NCBI RefSeq assembly: GCF_037042905.1
Contig: NC_087250.1
Coordinates: forward strand, 10,976,001-11,040,000
Direction of reading: 5' to 3'
DNA length: 64,000 nt
Origin: Lytechinus pictus
Taxonomy: Eukaryota
In this document: in pieces, positions 39,454-52,218 of the stretch
Numbering within the stretch: position 1 is the first letter of the stretch
Layout of the letters: every line of letters begins with the position of its first letter
The notes under the pieces: generated by a model
Database searches by the model: none
The model's input: only the letters and a program-made list of their open reading frames with translations
What the model was told of the DNA's origin: nothing
Program-made: the position numbers and the translations under genes

Positions 39454-42400
39454 CCCTTTGCGTGCGACGGGCTTCCACAGAAGCCCAGCGAGTCGTTCAC
39501 TTAGCTACGACGGGCTTCTACAGAAGCCGAGAAATGTTTGGTTTAATTCAATTAGGTTTTTCAGCTTTTTCGTAATTGTTATGTACTAAAACCTCTGCCA
39601 CTATTTCCTTCATAAACCTATTTCGATAACAGATTGAAAAAAATATACAGCTACGTGGGGAAAAATCCCGAAAATAGGAAATCATTTCAACTTTACCCGA
39701 TTTTTTCGTTGGAGTCGGACGGGGAGGACAAATTTTGTGACGAGCACGTACGCGCGCGCATAAGGCCTGATCACGTGATTTGTTCTGATCACGTGATTTG
39801 ATCCATATTGTTGTTCTGATAGATATACGCTAACATCTTTTCTGCAAGATCGACACGTAATAAGCTACGCGTTTATTCACCATTTTCGTCTTATTTGTTT
39901 AATCAAGAAGATATCACTCTAGATAGAATGATATCTCCTTGGTTTCATCGATCGATTGCATTTTCAGAAAAGCAAAAAGCTTGTTATGTCTTAGTACATT
40001 GAGCTTATCTCGGTGCACTTTTGAACCTTTTCCCTCCCCATCATCCCTCTTCTTCTCATTATTTTTGTCTACTATTCTGAAAAAAGGAGAAAAGAAAGCA
40101 GTTTAGCACACCATTCATCTTCTGCTCTTTTCAAAAGGGGAACGTCCATGTAGTTCATGATATTGGCACTACCCGAACAAAAGAATGTCTGGGCGGCCAC
40201 TCAAACAAATTCCTTCCGAAAAGAGCAGGATACAGATGGTCAACGCCCCGAACAAAAGGAAGATTACTGTTTATCGGCAGGATGACCCATTGAACGCTTT
40301 TCGTATTTAGCAATACAAAAAGCTTTTATGAATCCTTTTTTTTCGACCAACATACCGTATCTAAAAAAAAAATGTCTCATTACCGACAACACAGGTGCTT
40401 ATGACATCCGTCAGTGATTCATATTGCAAAAAGGCGCTTCCCCTGGGTGATGATGCATATAAGGAAGAACGAATAATTATTTAGGGAAATTATCGAAAAA
40501 AATATGTTCAAATGTCAGGGAGGACGAGAGAGAATGAGAGACAGAGATAAATGGGGAACAGACAAGTGCGCTTTTGCTAAAATTCCATGAATATCTACTT
40601 AAACGAATTACAATATGACTTATTTTTGGTTAGATTACTTTAAAAAATATCCCACAATGTTTGTTTGTTGCAACTCGGTCCTCAGACCCTTGCCAAACTG
40701 ATGACTTTTTATCATTGTTCTTGTTTGAGCCCCCCCCCCCCCCCCGATGGAAATGTTCTGACCTACACTCTAATGTTGCTTGTTTGTCTCCTCCGATTTT
40801 CTGTTTTTAATTGCGAGTAACGCGGTAGAAGAGATAAGAATAAATACCGTCCTGGGGCCCTTTTTTCCCCCCGTTACGACAAAAAAAAAAAAAAAAAATC
40901 GCATTTTGGGCGCTTACCATGGTTAGCATCTAAACCAAAATGTTTGGAAAAAGATGTTATACAGGGACAGCAATGTTTTTTATGGTGCAGGTGTTGAGCT
41001 GTGAGACGGGGATGAAGCGGCTAAAAAATACAATTTGTTAATTCATGTCATTTTACAGAATGAATTTATAATAGGATAGGTTTTAGAAGCTCTTCATCTT
41101 ATTTCCTTTTCTCACCCAGATGAAAGCTTTTGCATTGAAAAGTTGACGGAAACATAATTGCTTCAAATGATAAAACCAATAATGAACTAAAAGTTTCCTC
41201 GCGCGAAATGGAGGAAATAGAATGATACAGGATGATAAATTACGCTATAAGGCACCCCCTATAATGAAAACACGTTTGTATGGCGTGTCACCCGATAGAA
41301 TCCTCTCAATCCTACAAACTTTTTTTCATGTGTAACCTACACCCCCCCCCCCAAAAAAAATGTTGACACCGACCCAAATTTTATTGATTTTCCTACTTTT
41401 TTTGCCAATTTCTTTCTCATTTTTTTAACTGGCGAATAGCGTGGTAGAAAAAATTCATAGAGGAAAAAAATTGTTTCCGTGACTGAATGTGGGAGGGAGT
41501 GGACCGGCCGAAAAAAAAAATCAGAAATTTATATAGACTTCGGATTTTTTGTACATGTTTGCTGAAAGGGGTGAGGACGGTGAGGACTGAAACTTCCTAC
41601 CAACTCCGCCGCCTCTGTACTATTAGATTGAACGATTAAAACGATAGAGACAATAATGAATTTTAACTATTGTGAATGTTTTTTAATGATTTATTATCGG
41701 TTGTGAAATGAAGGAGACAATAGAATAAAACGAAAGAACAAATAAAAAAAAACACTTATGATTGCGGATGCTATAATTTATTCAAGAAAAATACTTCCTT
41801 TTACTTTCAGTAATTGCTTTGCTCTTTTTGAGGGAATAGTAAGATAAAGAAACGTAGAAAGTGACAAGAAGAGAGTTGGGAGGTACGATTTCAGACTTAC
41901 AATTTTAGTCACTTTTATTCGTTTAACTCTTTGAAATAATTTCAGGATATTACAAATCGAATACCGATGCGCAAACTTCAGGAACAAAATTATTTTATTA
42001 CTATAATATCTGCGTGGGAAATCGAATTAAATGAAACATATAATTTATGAAAAAATCTAAAAAAGAAAATTACTTTTAGTGAAAGATTGAGGCCTCTGTC
42101 TTGCCATAACCCTAAGCCCCAGGTTCACAAAAAAAATTGTTTAGTCGTGCATTTTTATACGATGATGATGATGATCATCATCATATTGTCTTTTGCGGAA
42201 GATATCTACCCACGTTATCAATATAGAAAATGGAAGATGATATAGAGTTTATTGTGAAATGACAGTTACAATAGTAATTTTAGAAGGTTTTTCGGGACAT
42301 TATTTGAGAAACGGGGAAAAAAACCCAAAATTTTCGACCTGATGACCACGATGCAATAGGACGAGAGGCCCACAAATGCAACCACATCCGATCAATACAA

Positions 42401-44231
42401 GTTGGCAAAAACGAGACATTCTCTCGGAACCGTTACCGATGAAAAGAGAGAGGGGGGGGGGAGATGTTAGATGTAATGTAAAATGACAGGTACTGAGAAG
42501 AAAAAATCAGAAAGAAAGGATTGAGGGGGGTGGGGGCGGGTATATACCTCGTAATCCAAATCGGGAAGAAAGAAGACGATACATATATAATTCAAATGAG
42601 AAGAACTCAGAGAAAAAATGTGTAGAAAGGAGGGGATATAGAAAGACGACAGATATAAGGGAATGAAAGCGATAGATAATACATTCAGTTACAGGTTAGA
42701 AACCAGAGAAAGGGAAAACGAGGAAAACCCTAATTGGTACCGTTTTATAAATACATTATACATGCACATGTTATATTGAAAAATGCGCAATAATTTAAAC
42801 AAATTTACCATCCGCCAGTCAAATAGAATGATATAGCTTTCAAGTGTTATTGAAAATTTGTAAACAAATTTTATATAAAACGGGCCCCTGGAAAACTTTT
42901 GAACCCCCCCCCCCCCCCCCCGCTTTCTCTCGTTCTCTCATCCGATATTGCTCTTATTTTTGTCTTCAAAGGAAACAAACAGAAAATAAAGGAATTAAGA
43001 ACACCGTTTATCCTCTGCTCTTTTAAAAATGAACAAAAGAAAGTCATGGCGGACGCTCAAACAAATTCCTTATAAAAAAAGAGCAGGGGACTAATAGCCA
43101 ACGCCCTGAATAAAAGGAAGATTAGTGTATTTCGTCAGGATTACCTAGTAAATGCTTCTCGTATTTAGCGATACAAAAAGCTCTTAGGAATACTGCTTTT
43201 CATATTACGACAGTAACAATAAAAAAAGTAAATGTTTACTTATTTAAAACATGCAGGCGCTTAACCCTAAATCTCCCGGGGTATTTTGATACACATAAAA
43301 CACTTAGATGCTAAAATTTCAATAGATAAAAATAATTTACTTTCTCTCATTGTGACGAACAGTAATCGGTAGCATGGTTATTTTGGAGGGAAAAGGGAGA
43401 TAGAAAAATGAAACGTAGAACGAGACGAGGAGAGCGTTGGGAGGTATGATTTCAGATTTGAGTCACATTTACCCCCTTCGCTCTTTGAAATTGCAACAGG
43501 AAAACAAATCGAACACTGGTATGCAATCTTCAGCAACAAAATTATTTTTTTATTACAAACTGTAATTTATGAAAAGAAGAAACCAAAGGCGATTTTTAGG
43601 GAAACATTGATGCCACCGTCTTGAAGCCCAGAAGCCAAAAATCACAAAATAGTTTCGGACTTTCGTTGCGCAGCATCATCATCGTACTTGCAAGGGAATA
43701 TATTCACCCTTTTTTATTCATTCTGGAAAATAAAGGTATTTGGTATGCTGTGATTTCACCCAAAATGGATTATCGTCGTAATTATACACTTTGCAAATGA
43801 CCTGAATACAAGGGGGTAAAGAGACCATTCATGAGTAGCGTTACAATAGGCAATGAAGAAAGCACTAGAGCAGACAACAAAGCGGTATCGATCGAACCCG
43901 ACTTGTCCGCGCGTGCTGATTGCCCTTACGCATTTTTGTACACAGTGCCTATTGACTTGGGAAAAAGCGAAGATTTGACAAAATAACACGACTTTTTCCT
44001 CGTAAATTTCTTAACTATTCAGTTGATTTGAGAAGCGAGACCTTTAATTCTAGAAAGAAAAATGTCTGATCTTTCATCTTTACATTTACTAAAAATCCTG
44101 AAAATACTTCAGTTTGGCGCAATTAGCAATAGATTAGGAAAACACCGCCACAGATCCAAAAACCAGCAATGTACAAAAACGGCTCCGCCGCAGGGAGAGG
44201 TATCCGGTTTCGCGGGCCCGCACGCAAAGGG
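39454..44231. mobile_element. Non-autonomous piggyBac-like element, copy 2 (4778 bp), inverted relative to copy 1, with an internal ~1 kb deletion
   Basis: TTAA at 39450-53 and 44232-35. Same 13-bp TIR. Reverse-complement match to 10847-16591, e.g. mirrored spurious ORFs 11089/43756, 13059/42844 and 14065/41778. Confidence 0.93.
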
Positions 44232-44702
44232 TTAAGTTTCCATAATTTAGGCCAGATTTGATACGCCTAGGGTTATAATATTTATTTAGGACCAGGATTA
44301 GGCCTAATTCTAAGACATCGTTTTTGCAATTGGGAAAAGCTCGAAATTTTTCAAAATCGAATTGAGTGGGAAAAGTCAATTTCTTGTCAGATCCAGTCTA
44401 CTGTCAGTTCTTTGTGCAGCCTACGGCTACATCTTTAATATCGACTTCACAATGGAAGTTAGGCTAGGCCTAGATCTATTTCTGAGTAGATGTAGTCATA
44501 GACTAGACTTGTCTGTTTTAGGCCCTGGTTCAGCTGGCAGATAAACCATAAAGGCCGTCTATAGTATGTGCAATAAATCAGCTTGAATTATAGATCTTGA
44601 CCTCTTTGATTTAATCTGGATGTTTGGTCGAGCGAGATGGTCTCGAATTTATCCCTGTCCGGCTAGTTTGAAATACGGTTGAATGGAATTTTCTCAGTCT
44701 TT

Positions 44703-44845
44703 CAAAAAAAAAAATAATAAATTAAAGAAAAATAATAATAATGAAATAAATAAAAATAAATAAATAAATAAATAAAATAAAAAATAAGTAAATAATAAAA
44801 ATAAATAAATAAATGGAAAGATAGAAAACAAATACGATAAATAAA
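44703..44845. repeat. (AATAA/AAAT)n low-complexity tract
   Basis: Read directly from the sequence. Confidence 0.85.
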
Positions 44846-47800
44846 GCCATAGAGTTGGTAGTATTGATAATAATATTGTAACAATAATACGGCAGTGTGA
44901 TAATGATAATGGAATATAAAAATAAATAGCCCAAGATCTACACTTTGAAGCATCAAACAAACTGTTCGGTTCATTCGCCTTGAAAGGAGGTTGGTATTTG
45001 GAATTAGGTTTGTATGGAATGGTTGTCGATGTTTGGGAGAGCTTTTGAGTTTTAAATTTCGAGAAAACACAGTAAAAGTCAATTTACCACGCACACGCCC
45101 GGATGTAATAATGCGAGCTAGCTTGGAACTCCCACCTCAATCTGGATAGTATCATTACCTATACTTTGCGATATTGTTGCTTTCTTTTGGAAGGGGCAAG
45201 TTCAAGGGGTTCGGCGAGCAGTGATTGGGTTTTTACATAGCGCTTTGTCAATCTTAAACACAATGAAACCTTACAATTCATGGTTAAAGAATAATAGTAA
45301 ATGAGCCTTCATTGCCTGTGAGTAGTTGGAACTGAGATGATATCGACTATATCATGAATGGCAACAATTGTAATAATAATTTTGTTAGTAATGATGATAG
45401 CGGTAAATAAAAATAATGGTGAACTAAATTTCCGGAAGGGGTCAAGTGGAAATTAGTGGATAGAGATAGGCGGGCATGGGCTGTATTTGGATGTGGTTGA
45501 GCTCTGTTAAGCATGTTAAGCTTCGGTCATAATTTCCATGTGTTGCGTTTTTCAATACAATATATGCAAATGAAGTAAGCCATTTAGTCCAAGTGTACAT
45601 GTAGATGAACGGGTAAAGCTGGAAATAAAGTCGTAAATGTTTTATGTGATAAAATGGGGTGGTATTTACCCAACTGTAGTAGTTTGGATAATTGGGTTTC
45701 ATGGGAGGATGGCAGTGTATTTTTATTCAGATGATGTTACGCAGATACCCATCCATGGTTTATATCAAAAGAAAGCTACTGATTCCTCACTCAGCACGTT
45801 TCATAAATATACATGTGGCTGCCTTTTGGAATTGATCAATGAGGGGAATATGGGTGATTAGTGGCTGGATGGATGCAACCAAAAAAGATAAGAATAATAA
45901 TAATGGAAAAAAGGGAACATAAATAAATAAAACAAAATGCGTCTGCAATTTGGCTTAATTATTTCTGTAGTTTTAGAGGTTGTAAAACAGTGTATGAATA
46001 TTGTTGATAATAATACTCTTCTGCTACAACTATTAGTTAAAATAAATTGATTAACAAGCCAAAATAAATGAAGAAAAAAAAATAAATAAAGGCTGAAAAA
46101 AAAAACAATATTCATAAATTTGATAACTGGAAAACATAGATAAAAATTCAGGAGCTACGTCCATGAGAAGAGCAATTAGATCTTAATTGCCCTTAAATAG
46201 GCATGCTTCTCCTGGTGAAAGTTCTGGATGTTAATGGAATGTGTATAGCTTACATGTACTCACTGGACAAGACTTAAATGAATAAGAGAGCTCTATGAGT
46301 CCCAGGATTGGCGAGTGCGACTCCTTTAGTTGATTTGGGAACAGCAAAGGAAAAACACTGGACATGCAGGCATGGCAGGGAAGTGTTGTTTAATTACACA
46401 ACCCATGATATGGCACTCATCATACTATTATAATGGTTTCTCATATTTATATTGGTTCATTATCCAGTCGACCAAACGGTACCTTCGGCTCATACCGAAG
46501 AGAAAACACAAGACAGAACATTAACCTTTATTGAACGAATGAATAACACTGACAAATAAATTCCATAATTGAATCAATAGCAAGGAGTGATTGATGGTTA
46601 GCAACTGGCATTAAGCCGAACCGACATCAGGAAGTTCCAGATTTGAATTTAGTTTTAATTGTTATACAATGCAATCACATCTGTCATATTGGCATGGACA
46701 GACACTCGCACCTGATTGGACATGGGTAATGGCAAAAATAAACTTGGAGGTTAGCTAATAAACATATAACCCCCTGCATTCTTTCTGCCCAATTGAAAGA
46801 TATAGGCCTACACAAACAGTGCCTATCCAATGTTTCTTTTCAAGTACGAGTGTTGCTCTGGTCAGTACTTAATTATAGCATAGTTCGATGTGTGCAACTG
46901 AGTAAATCAACGAATTGGCAAAAACGATGCTTATTATTCTGGGTGTTGTTTTGGGGTGTTTGTTTTGGGGGTGTTTTTAAGTACTTGGCAATTTCATTAT
47001 CATTTATAGAAGTATGCAGGGAAGGAATGACCGAGACGGAAAGGCCAAGATTATCGGATATTTGGTAGGGGGATCCTCGTCCCAGGAAACTGGGACACTG
47101 GGTGGAGCCACCATCCTCCCAGCTGGTGACATGACTCGTGACCCGGCTCTCCCTATGTGGTTATTTCTTAGCCTTACTCTTTCCTTCCTCTGCAGGCATT
47201 GAAATTTATTGACATTACTGCGATACACATGTTTGTGAAGCGTTGGTGTAATAATAATTGGTTGATATTACTGTGATACAAAATTATGTGAAATATTGGG
47301 GTAACAATTCCCGATCGGAAATTAAAGTTGAGAAAATGGCAATATCTGGTATATCGTGTCGTATTTCTTCTCACAATATGTTTATTCGATTATCGAATAA
47401 ATTATATTAGGAGAGAATACATAGTTTTATAATGTAAACAAATACTGACTGTGTTACGATACTGCAACAAATAACAATTGAATTTAGTTTTAAATTGGAT
47501 TTTCTTTCCTTTTATTACAGGAAATATATGGATCACTAAACAAAACAAATAAATATTTATCTTACATCTCATTAATTAAATAAATAAGTGAGACAACCAA
47601 AGTCTGCTGCGATGATTATACTAGCCTGGTACCGCCCTACTGGCTCTAGCATGTATTTGTCTGATCTTGTTGAAAATGTGCTATCCAAGTTGGATGATGA
47701 ATCTAATTATATTATCCTAATAGGAGACTTAAATTGTGATCTATTAGCTTTCCCTCCCAGTTGCTATTCAAAGAGACTAAATGAACTGTCGAACTGTCAA

Positions 47801-49597
47801 ATAATTCAGACACCAACACGAGTTGATCAAAAGTCTCAAACTCTCATTGATGTTATTTTTATTTCCAATACTTCTAAAAAAGAAGAGAGTGGCGTTATAC
47901 ACACCGGGATTAGTGACCATTCACTTGTTTTTGCTTTATTTGGTAAAAGGCGGTTTAATAAATGTCATCATGCGTACAAGGTGTTCAGGGATTATAAAAG
48001 ATTAAATGGCGACGCATTTCGTGAAGAAGTAGGTAATACTAATTATAACGATGTGTACAGTTCTTCAACGGTTGATGAGTCTGCCAATTCTTTTATAAAT
48101 TCTTTTTCGTTATCATGTAATAAATTTGCCCCATTAAGAAAAAAGAAGATAAAAAGGGACAGACTTCCATGATTGATGCAGATATTCTGGCAATGATTCG
48201 TAAAAGAGACAGCATGAAAATAAAAGCAGTTAAAGATAATCAGGATGAAGATTGGAAAGCATATAAGAAAATGAGGAATTCTGTAACAACAAAACTGAAG
48301 TACAAGAAAAAGATTTACTTTCAAACAAAAATCGAGACTTCGAAAGGCAATGTAACAGAAACATGGAAAAATCTGAATATGCTATTGAATAAAAACAATA
48401 AATCAAATGAAATACCGTTCATAAAATGTAATGATATGGATATTCATGATCCTATTCTGATTGCCGAAAAATTGAAAGAACATTTTGTTAATATAGGACC
48501 CCAGTTAGCAAAGTCAATTATAGAGCCCACAGTTAAATCCGATCTTACGTATTCTTTCCATTATTTGCCTCAAAATGCACAGTTTCATTTCACACTGGTA
48601 AATGAAAGTGAGGTGTATAGGTATATCTTGAATTTACCAAATGATAAAGCTATGGGGTGCGATTTGTTACCCGCCAAACTGATCAAATTAGTTGCCGAAT
48701 GTATCACTCGGCCCTTAACACATATAAGAAACTCGTCTTTTATATTCGGTGAAGTTCCTGAAATGTGGAAAAATGCCATCGTGACTGCATTACACAAATG
48801 AGGCTCTAATGAACTTAATAATTTTAGACCGATTTCTATTTTACCGATCTTTTAAAAAAACTTAGTAAGAATAGTTTTTAACCAATTGTACAATTACTTT
48901 AATTCTCATCATCTCTTGAATGCTTCCCAATCAGGCTTTAGGTCCCTTCATTCAACCATGACAACACTGCTTTCAATCACCGATGATTGGTTTTATGAAT
49001 TTGATAATATCTTTTAGCGAAAGTATTTCGTTAACAAGCGGTTATCCAGAGTCTAGACATCAAGGGCGTAGTTGGAAATCTCCCCGCCTGGCGATCTTGG
49101 CGCGGACAGGTGGTCCAATTTAACGACTTTGTTGACGAGAAATTATCGGCGGGGAGATTTCGCTCCTACCTCCTCACTTTTCTTCGTGGTGTTCAGAGTA
49201 GCGGGTCGTATTATTTTCTATCGCTTGTTTGATTACTTCCAATTTCTACAAATTTTCTTGTTTTGAAGTTACAATTATTACTTTTTTCTTGTTTTGAAGT
49301 TACAGTTTCTTTGGACGCTTTGCAGGAATTAGAGTCTCTTTACTCGTCGTGTGTTTATACTCCTTGCGATATTACGACCTGCCTGGTGTTAATAATACAT
49401 TCTAACTTTTGACAATTATTTTGAATTCGTTGAATTTACTTCAGTACACCATCCCCCTATTTTGGCAATTATTGAAGTAGTTGAATTTACCACAGTTTAT
49501 CTGCCTCCTGTCTGCCTGTTTTCTGTGCTCGGATTCTAATTTACGCTAACTTTTAGCGGCCTCTGTCTTTCCGCGTCATCTTTTGGAGTAGTTGAAA

Positions 49598-50654
49598 ATG
49601 CCGAAAGTCAAACAGGGAAGGAAAAATGCTATCAAGTCTGCAACGCCTCGTCGCACGCGGAAGGCTGGGATTGGGAGTGCATCGTCCACCTCGGTCGTCG
49701 AAGAGGACGTCGCTGGAGCTGGAGCCGGCACGGGGCATAGAAACGGTGAGTCTGTTACTGTAGGGGCTCCCTGGCCCATAGTCACCCCTCCCGGCGCTGC
49801 GCATAGTTCCGAGGCAACCCATGAAATTCAGGCGTTTTCACATCCCCCTGATACTCCGGTTACCCTCCCCATTTACGATGGTTCAGGCATTACCCCCTCC
49901 GACACAGCCGGCTATGCTGAGCTGCGTGTGCGATGAGCTGGGTAGTGAGGTTCCTGTTGGGATTAAAGAAAAGATTTGGAGTGGTGAATACTTTGATCTC
50001 GGTTTGCTGCTAAAAAGGGACGGCGCGCAGGTAGATTCCGCTCAATCATTCAGCCTCTGTGCTACGGGGGCTGCAGTAGTTTTGCGGCCACAGAGCAAGC
50101 CGCCTGTGCTGTCTAATATTGAACAGTGGACATCAGCTTTTCTGATATTCGCGTCGATATATCTAGAGCGTCATCCAACCCGGGCTCGGGAATTATTGAA
50201 ATACATGGACATCGTACGTTCCATTGTTAGGTATGGGGGGTTCAATTGGCGGTCTTATGATGCGCAATTTCGCCTCCGTCAGGCGCGTCAGCCTTTTAGA
50301 TCATGTGCGTCAATCGACTCCGAACTATGGCTGACAATCGCAACAGCGAGCCACGGTTTTCAATATCCCGCCTCGTCATCCCTCGCCTCTAGGAGTCAGC
50401 CTTTTCGTCCATACGGGCGGGGAGCAAGCCGCACGCCCCCGTCTCGGCAGTATGGTTCGAACCGCGTCGGCAGCCCCCGACCTCCACTGCTCTGTTTCGC
50501 ATTCAATGACACCGGGTCATGCAGCCGAGTTAACTGCCGTTTTCTGCACAGATGCAGAAACTGTTCCGCGACCTCCCATGGCGCCCACGCCTGCGTCAAA
50601 CCCACCACCGCTGCCGCCAGTAGCAAACGGGTGCCCGGCCCAAACACCAATTAA
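49598..50654 (+). CDS. Gag-like ORF1 with a Cys/His-rich C-terminus, apparently split by one frameshift near 49800-49930
   Basis: MPKVKQ start in one frame. KEKIWSGEYFDL, IEQWTSAF, WRSYDAQFR and CFAFN..C..C..H.C..C..H..C lie in a second frame, typical of DIRS/Ngaro ORF1. Confidence 0.8.
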
Positions 50655-52218
50655 TTTGAAACGCATGCTTCCTTTTCTGAATAAGTACGCCAGACGCGAT
50701 GATGCCGCGCAACTTATTTCTGGGTTCCGATTTGGGTTCTCTCTTGGTTTTACCGGGATCCGTCACCCTGTTTCTTCACGAAATCTTAAATCGGCAGGGG
50801 AGCTGAAGGATATTTTAAAGGATAAGATTAAAAAAGAAATTGGCCTGGGTAGAATTGCTGGTCCTTTCCAATATCCTCCCTTTCCGAATTTTCGCTGCTC
50901 CCCTATAGGGCTTGTTCCCAAGCGTTCCCCGGGGGAATTTCGCCTTATTCAACATCTCTCAGCTCCTCGAGGTCATTCGGTCAATGAGTTTATTGACCCA
51001 GATCTATGCTCCGTATCATACACTTCGTTCGATGAAGCTGTTAATCTTGTTTCAAACCTCGGTCGAGGTGCATTTATGGGCAAGGCAGATATCAAATCCG
51101 CATTTCGCCTACTGCCGGTCCACCCTTCTGATTTTGAACTCCTCGGTTTCTGCGTAGACGGTGAATATTTTTATGACAAATGTTTGCCTATGGGTTGCGC
51201 TATATCATGTGCGCACTTTGAACGGTTTAGCACTTTTCTCGAGTCTTGTTGTCGCAGACTAGCTAATACTGACCGCATTCTGCATTATCTAGACGATTTC
51301 TTCTTCGCCGGCGCTTCGCGCGAGGAGTGTGAATCGTATATGAGGCATTTGTTGGCTATGTGCGAGGCTTTTGGAGTCCCTATTGCAAGCGAGAAAACGG
51401 AAGGGCCCGTTTCTTCTATCAATTTTTTGGGTTTAGAGATTGATGCGATAGCTCTGAAGGTTCGCGTTCCAAGTCAGAAAATCGAATCCCTGCAGACAGT
51501 GTTGTATCACTGCGAAACGCAACAGAAGTTGACATTGAGACAAGTGCAATCGCTTATCGGCAGCCTTAATTTTGTGTGTAAAGCTGTTGCTCAAGGTAGG
51601 GCATTTCTTAGGCGTCTCATCGATTTGACACGAGGTGTCCGCCGTCCGGATCACCGAATTCGCATAACAAAAGGGGCAAGAGCTGATTTACAGGCGTGGG
51701 CTTTGTTTTTATCCGAGTTTAATGGCACCGTCATGTTTTCTCATCCAAACTGGCGCTCAAATACCGAATTTCAGTTTTTCACCGATGCAGCGGCTAGCAT
51801 TGGTTTTGGCATTTTCTTTCAGAACAACTGGGCTCAGGGACGCTGGCCTGCAGCGATTTTGGATGCTAGTTTTTCCATTGCCTTCTTAGAGCTATTTCCG
51901 ATTGTGGTGGGTATCCGGCTATGGGGGGCGCGCTTAGCCAACAACCGGGTTCTTTTCTGGTCGGATAACCAAACCGTTGTGCATGTTGTTAATTCGCAAA
52001 CATCTAAGTGCAAACACATCATGAAGCTAGTTAGGATGTTGGTAGGGCTTTGCTTGAAATACAACATTCTTTTTAGGGCGCGTTACGTGCCTGGCTCTTC
52101 CAACGAAATAGCTGACTCCCTCTCTCGTTTTCAGATGGAAAGGTTTCGGCAGCTGGCACCGGGCGCCGATCAGCGGGGATGCGTCATACCCATCCATCTG
52201 TGGCGGACCTTTTTGTAG
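50452..52218 (+). CDS. Reverse transcriptase plus RNase H (open ORF)
   Basis: Motifs SPIGLVPK, FRLIQHLS, DIKSAFR, LPMG, YLDDF, FLG, TDAA, ELFPI, SDN and NEIADSLSR. Confidence 0.95.
   Translation: MVRTASAAPDLHCSVSHSMTPGHAAELTAVFCTDAETVPRPPMAPTPASNPPPLPPVANGCPAQTPINLKRMLPFLNKYARRDDAAQLISGFRFGFSLGFTGIRHPVSSRNLKSAGELKDILKDKIKKEIGLGRIAGPFQYPPFPNFRCSPIGLVPKRSPGEFRLIQHLSAPRGHSVNEFIDPDLCSVSYTSFDEAVNLVSNLGRGAFMGKADIKSAFRLLPVHPSDFELLGFCVDGEYFYDKCLPMGCAISCAHFERFSTFLESCCRRLANTDRILHYLDDFFFAGASREECESYMRHLLAMCEAFGVPIASEKTEGPVSSINFLGLEIDAIALKVRVPSQKIESLQTVLYHCETQQKLTLRQVQSLIGSLNFVCKAVAQGRAFLRRLIDLTRGVRRPDHRIRITKGARADLQAWALFLSEFNGTVMFSHPNWRSNTEFQFFTDAAASIGFGIFFQNNWAQGRWPAAILDASFSIAFLELFPIVVGIRLWGARLANNRVLFWSDNQTVVHVVNSQTSKCKHIMKLVRMLVGLCLKYNILFRARYVPGSSNEIADSLSRFQMERFRQLAPGADQRGCVIPIHLWRTFL

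Noticed and set aside
49746..49751. Intron (GTGAGT donor) as the explanation for the split gag
   Set aside because: The nearby AG acceptors I tried either keep the first frame or hit a stop. A simple frameshift is more parsimonious.
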